From assembly GCA_001599295.1 (NCBI GenBank), contig BCGN01000003.1, positions 744,001-808,000 of the forward strand: a stretch of 64,000 bases of DNA, given 5' to 3'. The position numbers and the translations under genes are program-made. This document shows, piece by piece, positions 23,488-37,195 of the stretch. The notes under the pieces are model-generated. The model was given only the letters and a program-made list of their open reading frames with translations, was not told the origin of the DNA and searched no databases. How positions within the stretch are numbered: position 1 is the first letter of the stretch; each line of letters opens with the position of its first letter. This stretch comes from Sporopachydermia quercuum. Taxonomy: Eukaryota.

Positions 23488-24477
23488 TAAGGATGATATA
23501 TTATTACTATTTTGTTCTATCGTGGATTTGATTGTATTGTTATTCCCATATTCATTTTTATTAGTGATTATTTTAATCAGATGACAATTTAGTACATTTT
23601 ATCAATAGATCGATTTTTCTTTTTTTTGGTGTTTAAATTGAGCGTTTATTTGAACGTAGTGTAAACAATTCTTATTTGACACCAATATATAATACAGATT
23701 TCTCTAAATCCGAGCGCTTTTTGACCCATTTTATGTTTTTGAGGTAAACCTTTGGCTATGGATGATATATGTTTTAGTTACCTTATTTATATAATTAATG
23801 TAAATTAATGTAAATCGTAGAAATAAGGATTCATTGGTAAATCCGATAGTCCTTCTCGAAAGACAAGAAGTACAAGATAGTCAAATGAATATAATCTTTA
23901 CGATCTGTTTCTTACTAAAGCGGATCGAACTGTTGATAGTTATGTTTTCATAAGAAGATTGATCAATGTCGTCACTTTTTTTTCTGCTTAACAATAAGCA
24001 ATGCGCATGAATCATTCTATCTACACATCAAGGCTGGTTCATCCAAAATTCAATAGAATATTGTCCGTCTGTTCAACTTATCTGTGACGAGGTAGGACTT
24101 TTGGTGTAAATGCTATATGAAGTAGTGTACCAAACTGATCAATACATGGACCAGTGACAGTAAATAAACACACTGAGCTAGCTGACTGAGTGTGTCTGCT
24201 TTTTAATTGTATGTTTTGGCACTGCACTAGAAGCTACCATATAGTTATATTATTATATTGATAATCCTCCGTCCATAGTAATGCTATCAAATAAAGTAGT
24301 CCTGAACCTGTTCTCTGAGCCATACCATACCCAGGTAGCTCTTGACCAGAGCAAGTATTAAGCCTAGGACTACTTCTGTACGCACTTCCAATAATCCAAC
24401 AACGCAAATGCCTCCAGTTTTGAATGGAATCAACTGCTGGCAGCAACTTCTGAAAAAGACATATGTTTGGTGTTTGC

Positions 24478-25399
24478 CTAGGTTTCATATACAATTTCTT
24501 TGATTGCAACAGGAGGCTCTAAATCTGAAGGTCCTCCAAGAGGATTAGGGTCTGATGGTTCATCTATTTCACTTAGAATAGTACCCTTGAATTTATCTCT
24601 GATTTTAGTACCTTTTGAAGCTTTCTTCATTAAATACGTTAACCAATCCACATATTGCTGTTTGATAGGTACTTCGTTATTATCTTGCAATGAACTGCTT
24701 TGAATACCCATTAACGATGAGATTTCATTGATTCCTCTCAATGCTTTATGCTCAGAATCTATTTCGCTAAAAGGATATTCAGAAGCAGGATTTATTGCTT
24801 GATCTTCTTTCTTCTGATCGTTTGATGGACCATTAGATAATTCATTTGCAGCGGTAGTTCCGTTATCGTCGCTCTTAATGGAGCTTCGATTAATTACATT
24901 GCTGATATTACTGCTGATGTTATTGACGTTGCTGTTGTCAATAGTGTCATCATCTTCCACATCAATAGCTATTTTTGACACCTTTCTGGCTTCTTCTGGT
25001 ACATCACCAAGACTCCAATCTATAAATCTCTTCATGCCTATTGGCACTTCGTCTTTTTCATCCGATTCCGGATGAAGTTTATAAGGTTTCACCATTCCTA
25101 GAGACTCTAATGCTAGTGTTATATCTTGTGGTGCTAATTGGGTTCTGCCACTTATGTTCGCTAGTCCAATACTTGTTTCTAGTAGAAGTAGCAGATGCCG
25201 TATGTATAAATCAGTTACTGTATCTAACACTGAAGGAGTTGAACGGTCAATTCCTGATGCTTTTAGTAGCTAGTAGATTAGTTAGCAAAAAAAATGAATA
25301 TGTGTATGCATGTATAAATAAGTATATACTTGATTGCAATGAAAGACGTACCTGTGCTGTGGATATTCTCAGTAGAGAAAAATAGAAGTCACTGCTCAT
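24478..25399 (-). CDS. TAF3: TFIID subunit Taf3 (Bromo_TP histone fold); exons 25399-25352, 25269-24478
   Basis: Spliced N-terminus MSSDFYFSLLRISTAQLLKASGIDRSTPSVLDTVTDLYIRHL. Intron GTACGT..TGCTAAC..TAG. Confidence 0.88.
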
Positions 25400-26325
25400 T
25401 GTGGATATGGCTATGATTACCCTTTGATATAACCTGTAAGAAGCCTCATGAAATGCAAGCAAACAAATGTCTCTCAAATTGGTCTAAACCTCAGTAACAT
25501 CGATTGTAGAAACTGCTGTCAGCTGATACTGACACAGTCTGTTTATATGTCTTTTTGCTGTGCGATGATCAAGCTTAACTCAGTTTCATACGCTGAAAAG
25601 TCCCAAATCATTTCCCAGCTTTAGTAGTTATACACTGAACGGCGTTCAAATATCTGCATGAAATATAAACAATACAGTTGCAATTTCCAGAATCTAAAAT
25701 TCAATAATTGAATAGAGAAATAATGAAAAGCCTTCTGGTGATATTCACAAAAGCACTATTATTGATGTTGAGTTGTGATGGCCTAGAAAAAGGTCTTTTG
25801 AACTGCCCTCGATCACGAAGTAAGGAAATTTGTGTGTTTCTATACACCCTTCCACCGCAAATCATCCGCTGCGTTTTATTCGTGTCTGTCAGTGGTTCTA
25901 GTGTAAAGATAACCACAGAAATGATAAATCTGAATTACACGAGTAAATCAATTGAACACAGACATGTTCGTATACACAAGGCATTAAATCACCAAATACC
26001 TATTTTGTTACTCTGTGAGTTTAGGTTTTATACTCATCAAAGTACCTGCCATCACCATCATTATCAGCTTGACTGTATGACGATCGATTGACGAATCGGT
26101 GGAGACTTTTGATCAATTGACAAGATCACGATAGCGGGGGATACTCAATATTTCCGTGCATTCATAATCAGAAAAACAGCATAGATTAATCATTGTACAG
26201 TATAGAAGCTATTAGAAGAAGCTCATTTACGTGTTCTATGATCAACTAGANTATCCTTAGTTATCAATCGGAGTCGCCTTTTTATTTCTTGAATATTTCC
26301 ACATCAATAATCAAATTTCAGCAAT

Positions 26326-26919
26326 ATGAGCTACAATCTTTCCCTTTACACAGTAGAGGCTCTCCTAATTCTTGACAATGACGGGAAAAGAATTCTAGCC
26401 AAATACTTCAACCCTCCACATGCCCCTGCTGGAGCTACTGAAGTTTTCCCTGCAGCAGTGAGCCAATTTACCCACATTAAAACTCAGAAACAGTTCGAAA
26501 AAGGCGTTTTCGAGAAAACAAGAAAACAAAACCAAGATGTGACGATATATGATAATCATATTGTTGTCTATAAAGAGGTTGGCGATATTATCATATACAT
26601 TGTTGGAGCAATCGATGAAAATGAAGCATTGTTGTATCAAGTATTATTGGGGTTCCGAGATGCTCTCCAAATCGTCTTAAGACATTCCGTTGATAAAAGG
26701 ACAGTTCTTGAGAACTTTGATCTGGTTTCTTTGGCTGTTGATGAAACTATTGATGACGGCATCATAATGGAAACAGATGCTCCAATTATTGCATCAAGAA
26801 TCTCTGAAATGCCCCAGAATGAACCAAGCATTAAGAACATTGATTTGAGTGAAAAGGGCTTGAAGACAGCTTTCCAGTTTGCTAGAGAGACCTTCTCCAC
26901 ATTGAAACAAGGTTTATAA
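26326..26919 (+). CDS. RET3: Coatomer zeta subunit
   Basis: SLYTVEALLILDNDGKRILAKYF, FEKGVFEKT, DETIDDGIIMETD. Confidence 0.96.
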   Translation: MSYNLSLYTVEALLILDNDGKRILAKYFNPPHAPAGATEVFPAAVSQFTHIKTQKQFEKGVFEKTRKQNQDVTIYDNHIVVYKEVGDIIIYIVGAIDENEALLYQVLLGFRDALQIVLRHSVDKRTVLENFDLVSLAVDETIDDGIIMETDAPIIASRISEMPQNEPSIKNIDLSEKGLKTAFQFARETFSTLKQGL

Positions 26920-27303
26920 AGATTATGTGATGTTCTTTATTATGGTGTGTTGTAATGAGCTGAATAGTTTAATAGGTATTTTGGCAAGCGAGTGCATGAA
27001 TCGGTTGTACTGTATGTTAGACAAACGTGATAGCAACTTATAAATAAGAAAAGTGATTTGAATGTATGGCAGAAAAAAAATGATATGATACAAAATATGT
27101 AGTTATACTGGACTGAACCATTTACATAGCCATGACCCATTGAACTATTATGAGTCCTTGTGTTATAAAAAAACTTTACAATTAATCGGGTAACACGATA
27201 ATATATATAATATAATATATAACAGTTGATTTATCAGTATCTACATATTATGCTACATAACTATTCAACTTCTTCAATTTTCATGTTATCTATTACTATC
27301 TCA

Positions 27304-29332
27304 TCAATCTTCTTGTTCATCCTCTGTATCTGTATCCAAATCAGAGAACCTATCTTCATACTCATCATCATCATTCGCTACGCCTTCCTTCATGGATTTC
27401 AGTGCTCCAGCAATACTATCTTCTTCAATATCAGGTATTTCATACAGATCTTCATTTTCAATGACTTCTGGTTCAACAACCTTCATTTCAATTGGAACGC
27501 TTGTATCACAGCCAAAATACGATGAACAAATTAGTTCAACTCTGAAATGGAATAATCCAACCTCATTAGGAGTCAGCGATGACATAGGTATCTTAAAAGT
27601 ACCTACTAAGACAGACTCCCCATTTATTTTCTCCTTGTCAAGCTGTAAATTTGAGAGATCCAAATTAGTTATCACTGATGGTAAATCTGCAATTCGATTG
27701 TCCTTTTGAAGAACAACTAATGCAACCCACGACAGCTTCCGAGACTCTGGGAAATAAGGAGTAATCACATGAGGTAATTCTGGTTGAGAGGTTACTTCCT
27801 TAAAAGGATTTAGCAAGCTTTCATCGGTTTCCTCAGGGCTTTCTAATTTCTCTTCTGGGATATCTTTAGGTGCCTTGACATGAGGTGGAGTGACCATTAC
27901 TTTGAGTACTATATGAGCCATCGATTTAGTAGGAATTATATCTTCCCCAACCACCTTAGGGAATGCCTTCACTACCGTTAGCTTAGGGACCATCTTCCCA
28001 GTGGATAAAGCAGCAGCTAGGGTGATATCATCCTTAATACCCAAAGCTTTCTTAAAATCAGGCTTAGAATTCAGGAATTTACCTAGATTGGTAAATCCAG
28101 AGCTTTTCACGGAACCAATTTGAGAGCCAGGAAGTTGTAACAACTGGCCATATTTGATATCTTCGAAAGGAACAGCATGAAGTATAAATCGTGAAGTCTG
28201 AGCGACAGTAATAGCAATTTCTGTGTGTCTGACAGCACAGACAATATCCAATAAAGCATCTAATAGTGCTGGGGCTTTTTCAATAGCGACTAATTTATTT
28301 AGTTCTTCCTTCGGGCTTAATACCTTTCTGTGAAGATGAGCATCAAACAGTTCTTTAATTTCACTGGGCGTTTTCTTAGGAAATAGCTGCTTATATTCTT
28401 CGGCCTCGCAGATCCATTCAATGATACGATCATGAGTAATAACGCTGATGTTCACTTCATTGACAACTTTTTCAATAAAGGTTGAAGCTGTATCAACGTG
28501 AATTCCTTTANTAGTGTAAATATTAGAATGTTTCCACCATCTGGCAACCAATACAGGTAGTACACCTGCTAACAAAATCACATATACTACAACGACTAAA
28601 GGAGAAGCTTTTCCTTCAATTAAAAATTTAGGAATAGCAACACCAAGGGACATAGATTGGGGTCCATCTGGATGCCCGTATTTGAGGAAGTTTTCTCTTG
28701 TTACTTCATCAGTGAGTGCTTTATAAGCTTTGTTAATTTGAACAAAGGTTTCTTCCATGGCGTTTCTTGTTGCTTCATCCACATTTTGAATCTTATCAGG
28801 ATGATAAACTAATGAAAGTTTTCTATACACGGTTCTAATTTCACGTTCTGTCGCAAATCGTGAAACATTTAAGATTTCATAAGGATCAAATGATGACCCT
28901 ACATTGCTGCTGGATATAGTACTGATGAATGTGTATAGAGCAGCTATCAACAGCCATCCAAGAAGTATCACCCAGAATCGTTTATGGTGATAAAACTTCT
29001 TCTTAATACTTGTCTTATACTCCTGAATGCTCTTATATGAAGGAGGTCTATAAACATCTCTAATTCTTAGAGCTCCATCTACCGATTGGTTATTCTCTGA
29101 AGAGTTACTTTGTTAGTAATTAGGTCTTCAAGAATGCACGAAAAGCATATGTCTGGTCCACTGACAATGAATCAACCCAACCCAATGATTCTTCAAAATA
29201 AACGNCTCACATACCATTGTTACCAAAAGCTGAAATAAAAGTCGAGATTGTTACAGGCACCACAATCACTGATGTGACTGTCAATGCAAAGTATGGCCAT
29301 ATCTCAGACTTCTCGTCGTAGTTATACTCCAT
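27304..29332 (-). CDS. SEC63: ER translocon J-protein Sec63; exons 29332-29215, 29096-27304
   Basis: MEYNYDEKSEIWPYFALT start, J-domain HPDK, YGHPDGPQ, acidic tail DTDTEDE. Intron GTATGT..TACTAAC..CAG. Confidence 0.95.
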
Positions 29333-30578
29333 TTTGAAAGATTGACACAGGGATAACTTCAATCAAACAGGTATCTTATTGAATTCTTGACACCTCTGTT
29401 CGGACGAAAATCTAAACCCTCAACACTAAGTTATCTTCAAATACACAATTGTCTCTCAAAAGCTCCTGTTTACTATTCGCTTGTTCTTCCTTCGCTGATG
29501 ATATCAAGTGCTGATCGCCGGCCAGTACAATTTCTCCTTCTCAATGCAAACTAAACTAAATCAAGCTATTCGTCAATCTTCTCNAAACCTAACTTGTTCT
29601 ACCAAATTAATCAATTCCTTTCTATAATCCTCTTCTTAATTTACCTACTTTCAACTCTTCAATCCGCTTCGGTTACCTGTCTATTAACCATTCTCTTATT
29701 GATCTAGTCACGTAATTCACTCCTTCCTTTTTGTACATACTTTATTTCACTAGTATCTCATCTGCCACTGACACGTACATAATATTCATTTGGAAATAGT
29801 TTGAAATAAGCTTGCAAGATGAGACGTGATGTTGTGGAANGTTTTCATGCTCAAATCTACACATGTTGTAGTTTTCAGTATCAACCTGGGGTAACATGAT
29901 TTCCCTCAGCTTTGAAAATTTTCTTGATTTGTATGGAGGTGGTTATATATGCTATTGAGTTATAGCTATAATGATCAACGGTTTGGTTGTTTTTCGTGTT
30001 TATAGTGATCGAACCAAGTAATTTTGATATCTATAGTACTCCATGAATAATAGGAACAATCAGAGAGACTTTTTTGGAATTTTCCAATTGATTTTCACTG
30101 GAACTGTCACTGAGTTTACCACTATATCGTTTGATTTGATAGGTCTAGTGCAAACACAGTTGATGCACTAAATAAAGGGATAAGCAATTTGATGAAAAGG
30201 AGCCTAGAAATTGGGACTCAGAACGATATTTTGAGATTCATGTATCAGCATAGGAAGGCATTTGAGTCTCTGCTTATTTGTCTCTTGGGTGCTTATTGTT
30301 AACAGCGAAACATTTGAGCACCTACTTAACGAATCATAGAGCAAATATCTTCACACACTCTATTCGACTTTAGCAGACTTTGTTGTAGAGTGAGCGCGAT
30401 CACAACACTCAAATCTGCGTTTCAAACAACCNATCGACAAACAGCGGAGATATTTTTCTATCACACTCTGCAGTAACACAGCAAGAAGAGCAGAAAACTA
30501 GCATTCTACAGACCTCTGTATTCAGAAGACAAGCATTCTTCCTTACCAGCAATCAAGTAATCACAAAACCGCATTAAA

Positions 30579-32552
30579 ATGAGCTACCGTGGAAGAGGAT
30601 TCAACAATTCTTCCAACAGAGGAAATACCCAAAGCAACAATGACCTCTTTTCCAGAATCAACACCAGCAACAATCAACCCTCATTCAATAACAACCAACG
30701 CAACTCTTACCAATCGTCAATTTCTTCGTCCTCGTCCCCTTCTTCGTCCNCCAACATGGCAAGCATAGAAATNAGAGGCTGGCAAGGAGGATCAAGAGAT
30801 GATTTGGTTTCCTTTATAAGCAGAAAATCGGCTGTAGTAATTCACGATATCACTCAAATAAACAACGAGGTTCTAACTGCCAAAGTTAGAAATGATAAAG
30901 TGAAAGTAATTGAAAGGCTCAGTGGGATCCGTTTTGCAGGAAACGTGTTGAAAATCACTGTTATCACTGGCCCAACAGCATCAAACTCAACAGTAGAACA
31001 AACGATCTCTATTCTAAAACAATTCTTTCATAGCAGATATAATGCTAATGAAAAAATGCTTGATCTTACTTCAATTCAGAACGATCAATTCCTTATNTCA
31101 AACGGATTATTTTCTTCTGCAAGCACATCATCAAAAATGTTCCCCGCTCTAATGAAAATTGCTTCAAATGAAAAGAATTCACCAGTGGAAACCGTCAATT
31201 TGGCTTCAAATCTATTAACTGATATATCAACAATCACATCATTAGCTCAAACATATCCAAACTTGAAAAACCTATCCTTAATGGATAATCAAATAAGCAA
31301 AGTACGATCGATGGAACTATGGAGACATAAATTCCGACATTTGCGTCAGTTGCATTTAACTATGAATCCAATAGTGAATGAACCTGATTATAAAAATGAA
31401 ATGATGAAGCTGTTCCCTAAACTTATTATACTAGATGGACAGCTAGTTCGTGATGAGAATGAGTTGAATAAATCTTTAACATTCCCATTACTAGCAAAGG
31501 ATATGTTTTTCCAAGACGATGATATCAAAAACATGGCAACTAATTTCCTTGCAAATTACTTTCAATTCTTTGATAACAGTCGGCAAGATTTATTGCAGTT
31601 ATACAATGAACAGTCACAGTTTTCGTTATCGATTGATACTATAGCTCCACACGATGTGGCATCAACTGCAACTGTTACAACAAATAATGTTTCTACAGCT
31701 TCTACACCTATTTCTACTTCGCAGTCATTTTCAATGATGTTGCCATTATCAAGAAACCTGTTAAAGATAACTTCACCTTCAGGCAGATCATCGAAGCTAG
31801 CACAGGGGACTCAAGCAGTATCGCAACTGTTTAATAAATTACCTTCAACAACACACGAACTTGTGAGTCACCCTGAATTATTTGCTATTGAAGCCTGGAG
31901 ATTAGATCCTTTGCCTGCGGTGATGNTTAATGTCCATGGAGAGTTCTTAGAAAGCAGAGATAGTAATATTGGTAATGGTAATAGTAATATTATACCATCA
32001 GGGCCAAGAAATTCGAGATATAATAAACCACAACAAGATAATACACCAGTAANGAGATCATTGGACCGAACATTTATGGTAGTACCTAACAATAATGGTA
32101 GTATCTTAGTATTATCTGATATGTTGATTGTTCGACCATATACTGGTTCTAAAGCTTGGAATAACAGTATTATAACATCATCGGCACATATGGATGCAGG
32201 AGTTTCTANTCCTATTTCTAATGTTGTCGACAATGGTGTCAATGGTGCTAATTCTGTCAGTCCTATCAATCCTATCAATCCTATTAATGCAATGAATGCT
32301 AATCCAATTCATATNCCTAATGAAATAATCACAGTTCAATTAGATGCATTAAGGAAAGCATATCCCAATGTCAATTTTACGGATCTACAGATAAATGTTA
32401 TTGGACAGTTGATAGCAACAACAGGAATGAATGCAGAATTTGCTAATATGTGTGCTAATGAGAATAATTATAATTACGATCAATCATTATTAGCATTCAA
32501 TAATCTGAATGCTTCTGGCTCAATTCCAAAAGATGCCTTTATTCAGTTATAG
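30579..32552 (+). CDS. MEX67: mRNA export factor Mex67 (RRM-like, LRR, NTF2-like, UBA)
   Basis: SSKMFPALMK, LAQTYPNLKNLSL, VHGEF/RSLDRTF/SDMLIVR, TGMNAEFA..IPKDAF. Confidence 0.93.
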   Translation: MSYRGRGFNNSSNRGNTQSNNDLFSRINTSNNQPSFNNNQRNSYQSSISSSSSPSSSXNMASIEXRGWQGGSRDDLVSFISRKSAVVIHDITQINNEVLTAKVRNDKVKVIERLSGIRFAGNVLKITVITGPTASNSTVEQTISILKQFFHSRYNANEKMLDLTSIQNDQFLXSNGLFSSASTSSKMFPALMKIASNEKNSPVETVNLASNLLTDISTITSLAQTYPNLKNLSLMDNQISKVRSMELWRHKFRHLRQLHLTMNPIVNEPDYKNEMMKLFPKLIILDGQLVRDENELNKSLTFPLLAKDMFFQDDDIKNMATNFLANYFQFFDNSRQDLLQLYNEQSQFSLSIDTIAPHDVASTATVTTNNVSTASTPISTSQSFSMMLPLSRNLLKITSPSGRSSKLAQGTQAVSQLFNKLPSTTHELVSHPELFAIEAWRLDPLPAVMXNVHGEFLESRDSNIGNGNSNIIPSGPRNSRYNKPQQDNTPVXRSLDRTFMVVPNNNGSILVLSDMLIVRPYTGSKAWNNSIITSSAHMDAGVSXPISNVVDNGVNGANSVSPINPINPINAMNANPIHXPNEIITVQLDALRKAYPNVNFTDLQINVIGQLIATTGMNAEFANMCANENNYNYDQSLLAFNNLNASGSIPKDAFIQL

Positions 32553-33562
32553 TGAAAAATATGATAATATTATAAAGGCAATGCTATATGATCANTATTA
32601 TCCGGATAGGATTAGGATTTGGAGAGCAATAGATGAATGGTGACTGAAGTGAATAATATACTNAAATACGATCAACATACATATGTTGAGGTTTCATAAC
32701 ATTCAAAAGAAATCCCCAAAAAGATGCCCTCAAATAATATCACTATCTGTATCAGGAATACTAATGATAGCAGAACAAGTGCGTGGATCGTTCTGTTGGC
32801 CTAATTTGATTACCATTCACCCCTATGTATATAATCATCACGATTAGTTGGTTTGACTCTTTGCTTTCGTATTATCTTCGCTATTAGTGGTTCGGTTGGT
32901 AGTTAGTATCTCGTTCTGGTTGTATGTGCTATTATTACCAGAAGTACTCTCAGTTTTATGGATTTCCATGGTCATTATTGTTTAATATAACTATCAATTG
33001 CATGCATGTATTCTTGATAATGTATTATACCGTATTATTTGAATAGAGAATCCTCAAGTGGTAGACAAATATTCAATCTTATGTAATGCATCTACTATTT
33101 TATTGTAAAGGAAAAGGATGCAGTANTATTGCTTTGTTTCCGTTAACAGTTTATCCTTTTATCATCAATTCCTTGGGATATCTTACTATTACGAATCTTC
33201 TTCACAATCTTTGTCTAGTTTCGAATGCTACCCTCCTTCTATTTTCCTTTATATTACTCTCCTTTCTCCACGCTTAAATGCTCTATCTCTTCCTGAATTG
33301 AGGCACCATAAAACCAATATCCTACAGTAGCTGATTCACCAACAATGAGACAAAATAAGCTGTCTTTACTAACTACATATATACTATANTAACTCCATAT
33401 CAACAAAATCTATAAATCCAAAATACCTTTACATAACCACTTTGAACTAAACTATCAACAAAACATGAAAAAACTCATTTCTCATGTCTCATTTATGCTT
33501 TCTCCTCCATATTACCCTCATTTTATGGTTTATCTATTCAAACCTCAATTTCGTATTCAATT

Positions 33563-35389
33563 TTACACTTTTTTCTCATCGCTTGTCAAACTTGACGCAT
33601 CATTTGGCTGATCTTCCTTTACTTCTTCTTGCTTCTTAGCAATAGAACCATAACCGTACTTACTCTTTTGTCTTAAAATTGGACCATATCTTTCAAAAAT
33701 CCAAGGAACTGGAATCATTGCAATTGCAAAGAATCCAAATAACGAAGATGCCCAATCGATTCCTAATCGATGATACATTTGAACGGTGAACAATGGGAAA
33801 ACACACGCTAGAATGTATCTAGCAAAATTGTTTGCTGCTAAAGCTGATGCTGTACATAATGGAGGATAAGAATATACAAAATAGCTCATGACTGAAAAGA
33901 AGATCAGAATCATAGATGCTCCAAATGGTGCACCAGCAATTGCAGGACAGATCCAATGGACAGAAGGGCGGGATGACCATCCTAGCCAAAATAATGAACA
34001 AGGGAGAATCACAGCTCCGAATTTTGATGGCAATAAGACATTTTCTGCTGTTTGACGAATAATTTCTCCATTAGCATCTCTTCTGCCNCTTGTTCCATCG
34101 TCATTCTTAGGAAACCATACTNTGCGGTCTAAATAGATATAAAACAACCCTCCAAAGACAATTCCAACTCCGATTCCAAGGAACGGTAATCCAGAATTTC
34201 CGCCCTGGATTCCATACACGCCAGTGAAGATAATAGGATAAGCCTCAAAGAAGCCAAAAAGTACAGCAAACACGAATGAGATATAAATGGAGAACACTGA
34301 GACAATTGGATCAGTAACTAACATAGCAAGAGGACGAACAAATGATACCGTGAAAATCAGCTTGAAGAATTGACCTGTAGTCATAATTTTTTTCAATTTG
34401 ATTTCTCTCTTTTTTGCTCTTGCTCTTAAAATGACTGATTTGTACGTTTCAGGACATAATAGAACCAAAGGTAAGATGGCACCAGAAAACATCAACATTA
34501 CCCACATTGTCCATTTCCAACCTTTGTTCTGAGCGACATAACCGCCAACAATCGGACCTAGTACAGGGCCCATGAATGGAGCCATACAGAAACAAGCCAT
34601 TGCGATACCTATTTCGTCAATAGCCCATAAATCAGAAATAGTTCCACCGGCAATAGCCATGGCAGGAGATCCAAATAGACCAGCAAAAAATCTTAGAATG
34701 AGAATTGTGTGAATATTACTAGCAAGACCAACTCCCATAGTGAATAACATATTTAACGGTAGTGAAATAATGTATACAATTCTTCTACCAAATAATTCAC
34801 TCAACGGAGCACCAAGAACAGGACCAAATGCTAAACCAAGAAGATAGAAAGTTAAACCGGCAAGAACCAATTCTTGAGACACTTTCATTGATTCCATAAT
34901 CTCGATAGTTCCCGCAACGTATAAAGAAGATCCGAACGTAACAACTAAGCAAATCCAAGCAGTTGTCATTGAAATGAACCATTTCTTCCACTTGGGCCAA
35001 AGCATTGGATTATCGAAATCTTCTGGTCCATCCCAATCTAATAGTCTTGGATCGACTTCAACTTCATGTTGAGTAACAATTCTTTGGAGAGTTTCTGATT
35101 CGTTGTAATTATGAGGATAACTTTGACTGAGAGTTCTGATTAAAGATAAATCTTGTTGGTCTGTGTTCTGATAATGAACAGATTCATCATCCAGTAATGA
35201 CGCTATTATGGCATGTTCGTTATCCTCAGTGACTGATCTTTTAGTAGAAACTCTTGTTAGAATCCTGTTAGGTCTTTCTTGAAAGAAATCTTGAATATCA
35301 CTATTGTCTGATTGAGAGTTGATGCTAGCGTTGTCAGTGATACCTCGAATATCTTCCTCCCGCCTTGAGGATGTTTCGTGTTGAGACAT
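33563..35389 (-). CDS. TPO4: DHA1 MFS polyamine/drug:H+ antiporter, Tpo4-like
   Basis: DWDGPEDFDNP, GAPLSELFGRR, PETYK and YPPLCTASALAANN, the last recalled as a Tpo4 feature. Confidence 0.85.
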   Translation of the reverse strand: MSQHETSSRREEDIRGITDNASINSQSDNSDIQDFFQERPNRILTRVSTKRSVTEDNEHAIIASLLDDESVHYQNTDQQDLSLIRTLSQSYPHNYNESETLQRIVTQHEVEVDPRLLDWDGPEDFDNPMLWPKWKKWFISMTTAWICLVVTFGSSLYVAGTIEIMESMKVSQELVLAGLTFYLLGLAFGPVLGAPLSELFGRRIVYIISLPLNMLFTMGVGLASNIHTILILRFFAGLFGSPAMAIAGGTISDLWAIDEIGIAMACFCMAPFMGPVLGPIVGGYVAQNKGWKWTMWVMLMFSGAILPLVLLCPETYKSVILRARAKKREIKLKKIMTTGQFFKLIFTVSFVRPLAMLVTDPIVSVFSIYISFVFAVLFGFFEAYPIIFTGVYGIQGGNSGLPFLGIGVGIVFGGLFYIYLDRXVWFPKNDDGTXGRRDANGEIIRQTAENVLLPSKFGAVILPCSLFWLGWSSRPSVHWICPAIAGAPFGASMILIFFSVMSYFVYSYPPLCTASALAANNFARYILACVFPLFTVQMYHRLGIDWASSLFGFFAIAMIPVPWIFERYGPILRQKSKYGYGSIAKKQEEVKEDQPNDASSLTSDEKKV

Positions 35390-35700
35390 TATGATGATAG
35401 GGATGTAATAATATTAATGGGAAGCTGTGAATGATATATAATACGGGATTTGGTGGAAACTATTACTTAGTGAAACTGAATACCGTTCAATTGTTTGTTG
35501 ATGCTACAGTAATATATGGATGTTGATAGTAGTTTAGACAATATTAGAAACAGGTATAAGATGGTAGCCACACTACATTGAAATCTTTCAAATAAACTAC
35601 CAAATTAAACCGCATAAACAATTACTAGCTGATTAAGATGGCACGAAGATACCTCTATAGCTAAATCAACATTGGAATCAAGATCGCAAAGGAGATAATG

Positions 35701-35760
35701 AAAAAAAAATAAAAAAAAATAAAAAAAAAGAAAGAAAGAAATATAAGAAAAAAGAGAGAA
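35701..35760. repeat. Poly(dA:dT)/purine tract upstream of TPO4
   Basis: A9T A9T A9G AAAG repeats. Confidence 0.8.
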
Positions 35761-37195
35761 GATGCAATGAAGGGTCTATGATGCAAAATGATGAGACACG
35801 GTTTGCATTTTAGGCTATAATAAGGTTAGAGTTCTCATATATTGTGAACTTTTTGATAAACTTGAGCCGAAATCTTAACTTTAAAAGAGAAATTCGTTTG
35901 TTTTGCACGACTTAGTGTGAAAGTTGATTGATTTACGATAGATTGAGTTTGTTGAAAATTTTGTATGAAAATCAACGGGAACCAGATAGATTGAATAGTA
36001 CACTCTTATGAAAACTAGTATTTTGGGTGAATTTACTGTTAGATTATATATAGGAGAATCAGAATATAGATTGGAGAACAATGGGGCATGATTAAAAGGT
36101 CCTGTTAAGAACGCAATTGCTTGATATATCTGATATTTCACATAATTCGCGAAAGAATTTGTTATCCTGCATTTTGGGGGAATTTAGAGATATATAGAAA
36201 TCGGAAGAATTTCTTATTCCACTATCCACTGTCTGTTTAATCGAAGATCTGCATAAATGAATCATAGTCTCTCAGGCCAAAGCGTAAACCACGAACAATA
36301 TTAGTAATATTCTGGTTAAAATGGTGAAATCTTCATTATCATAAGGTTAATGTAATGTACCTAAATTCAGTATTTGTTTTCTCCTTACCTTAATTTCTTT
36401 TACGATCTACTTTCCAATACTCATTTTCAGTTCGATTCTGATAATATCTGATACCGATTGAAATGATTATAAATCCTATTCTTTTCCATGAGAAGTTGAT
36501 CCGAAACTAATTCAAAGTTTAGAATTAAAGGCAGTGAAATTGATGAAGTTTAATCTTTTTGGTAGTGTTTGTTTAATCCCGCATTAACTATGCCAGGTAA
36601 ATCATATTTCCTTTCAGTTTTAATGCAGAAAATCTGCAATAACACCCTTCCTGTTTGTTAGTNGTCAAATAATTTCAGACGCTTACAATTACTTTGTACG
36701 CTTAGGTGATCTAACGAAGTGAAACCAAGAAGAAACTCGTCTACTGAAATCTTTATTAGCATGATGCTGTCCCTTTAGGGGGAACAGGAGAGATGTGCTA
36801 TTTTTTATTACGTTAATCTTAACTGATACTGTTTTGAGAGAGGGAGAGAATTCTTGTACGGGATTCATGGGTGATGATAATNACAATCGAGTGTTCGCCT
36901 CCTAATGCATAGTTAAGCCAGATGTATTTTTGATGTATTGATGGTTAGATTCGATACCTGAAGGCTCTTATATGTTTACTCATTAGTGAAGTTTGGCAAT
37001 CTAGTTAGTTGGACTACAACACAGCTTTCTTAAGAAAGCTGATGGTTGATCATTTGGGTGGGAAGTTTCACAACGTGTTAAAGGAGCTACCTTATTTTTA
37101 ATTATGAGGGTCAAAGATTGTAGTTATAGTGATTCTTGTATGGAATGTAGATTCCTGGATAGTTTAGTTTATTGTTATTCCTTTCGGTTGAGCTA

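Noticed and set aside
25701..26091. Overlapping ORFs between TAF3 and RET3
   Set aside because: Non-protein-like composition in a divergent promoter
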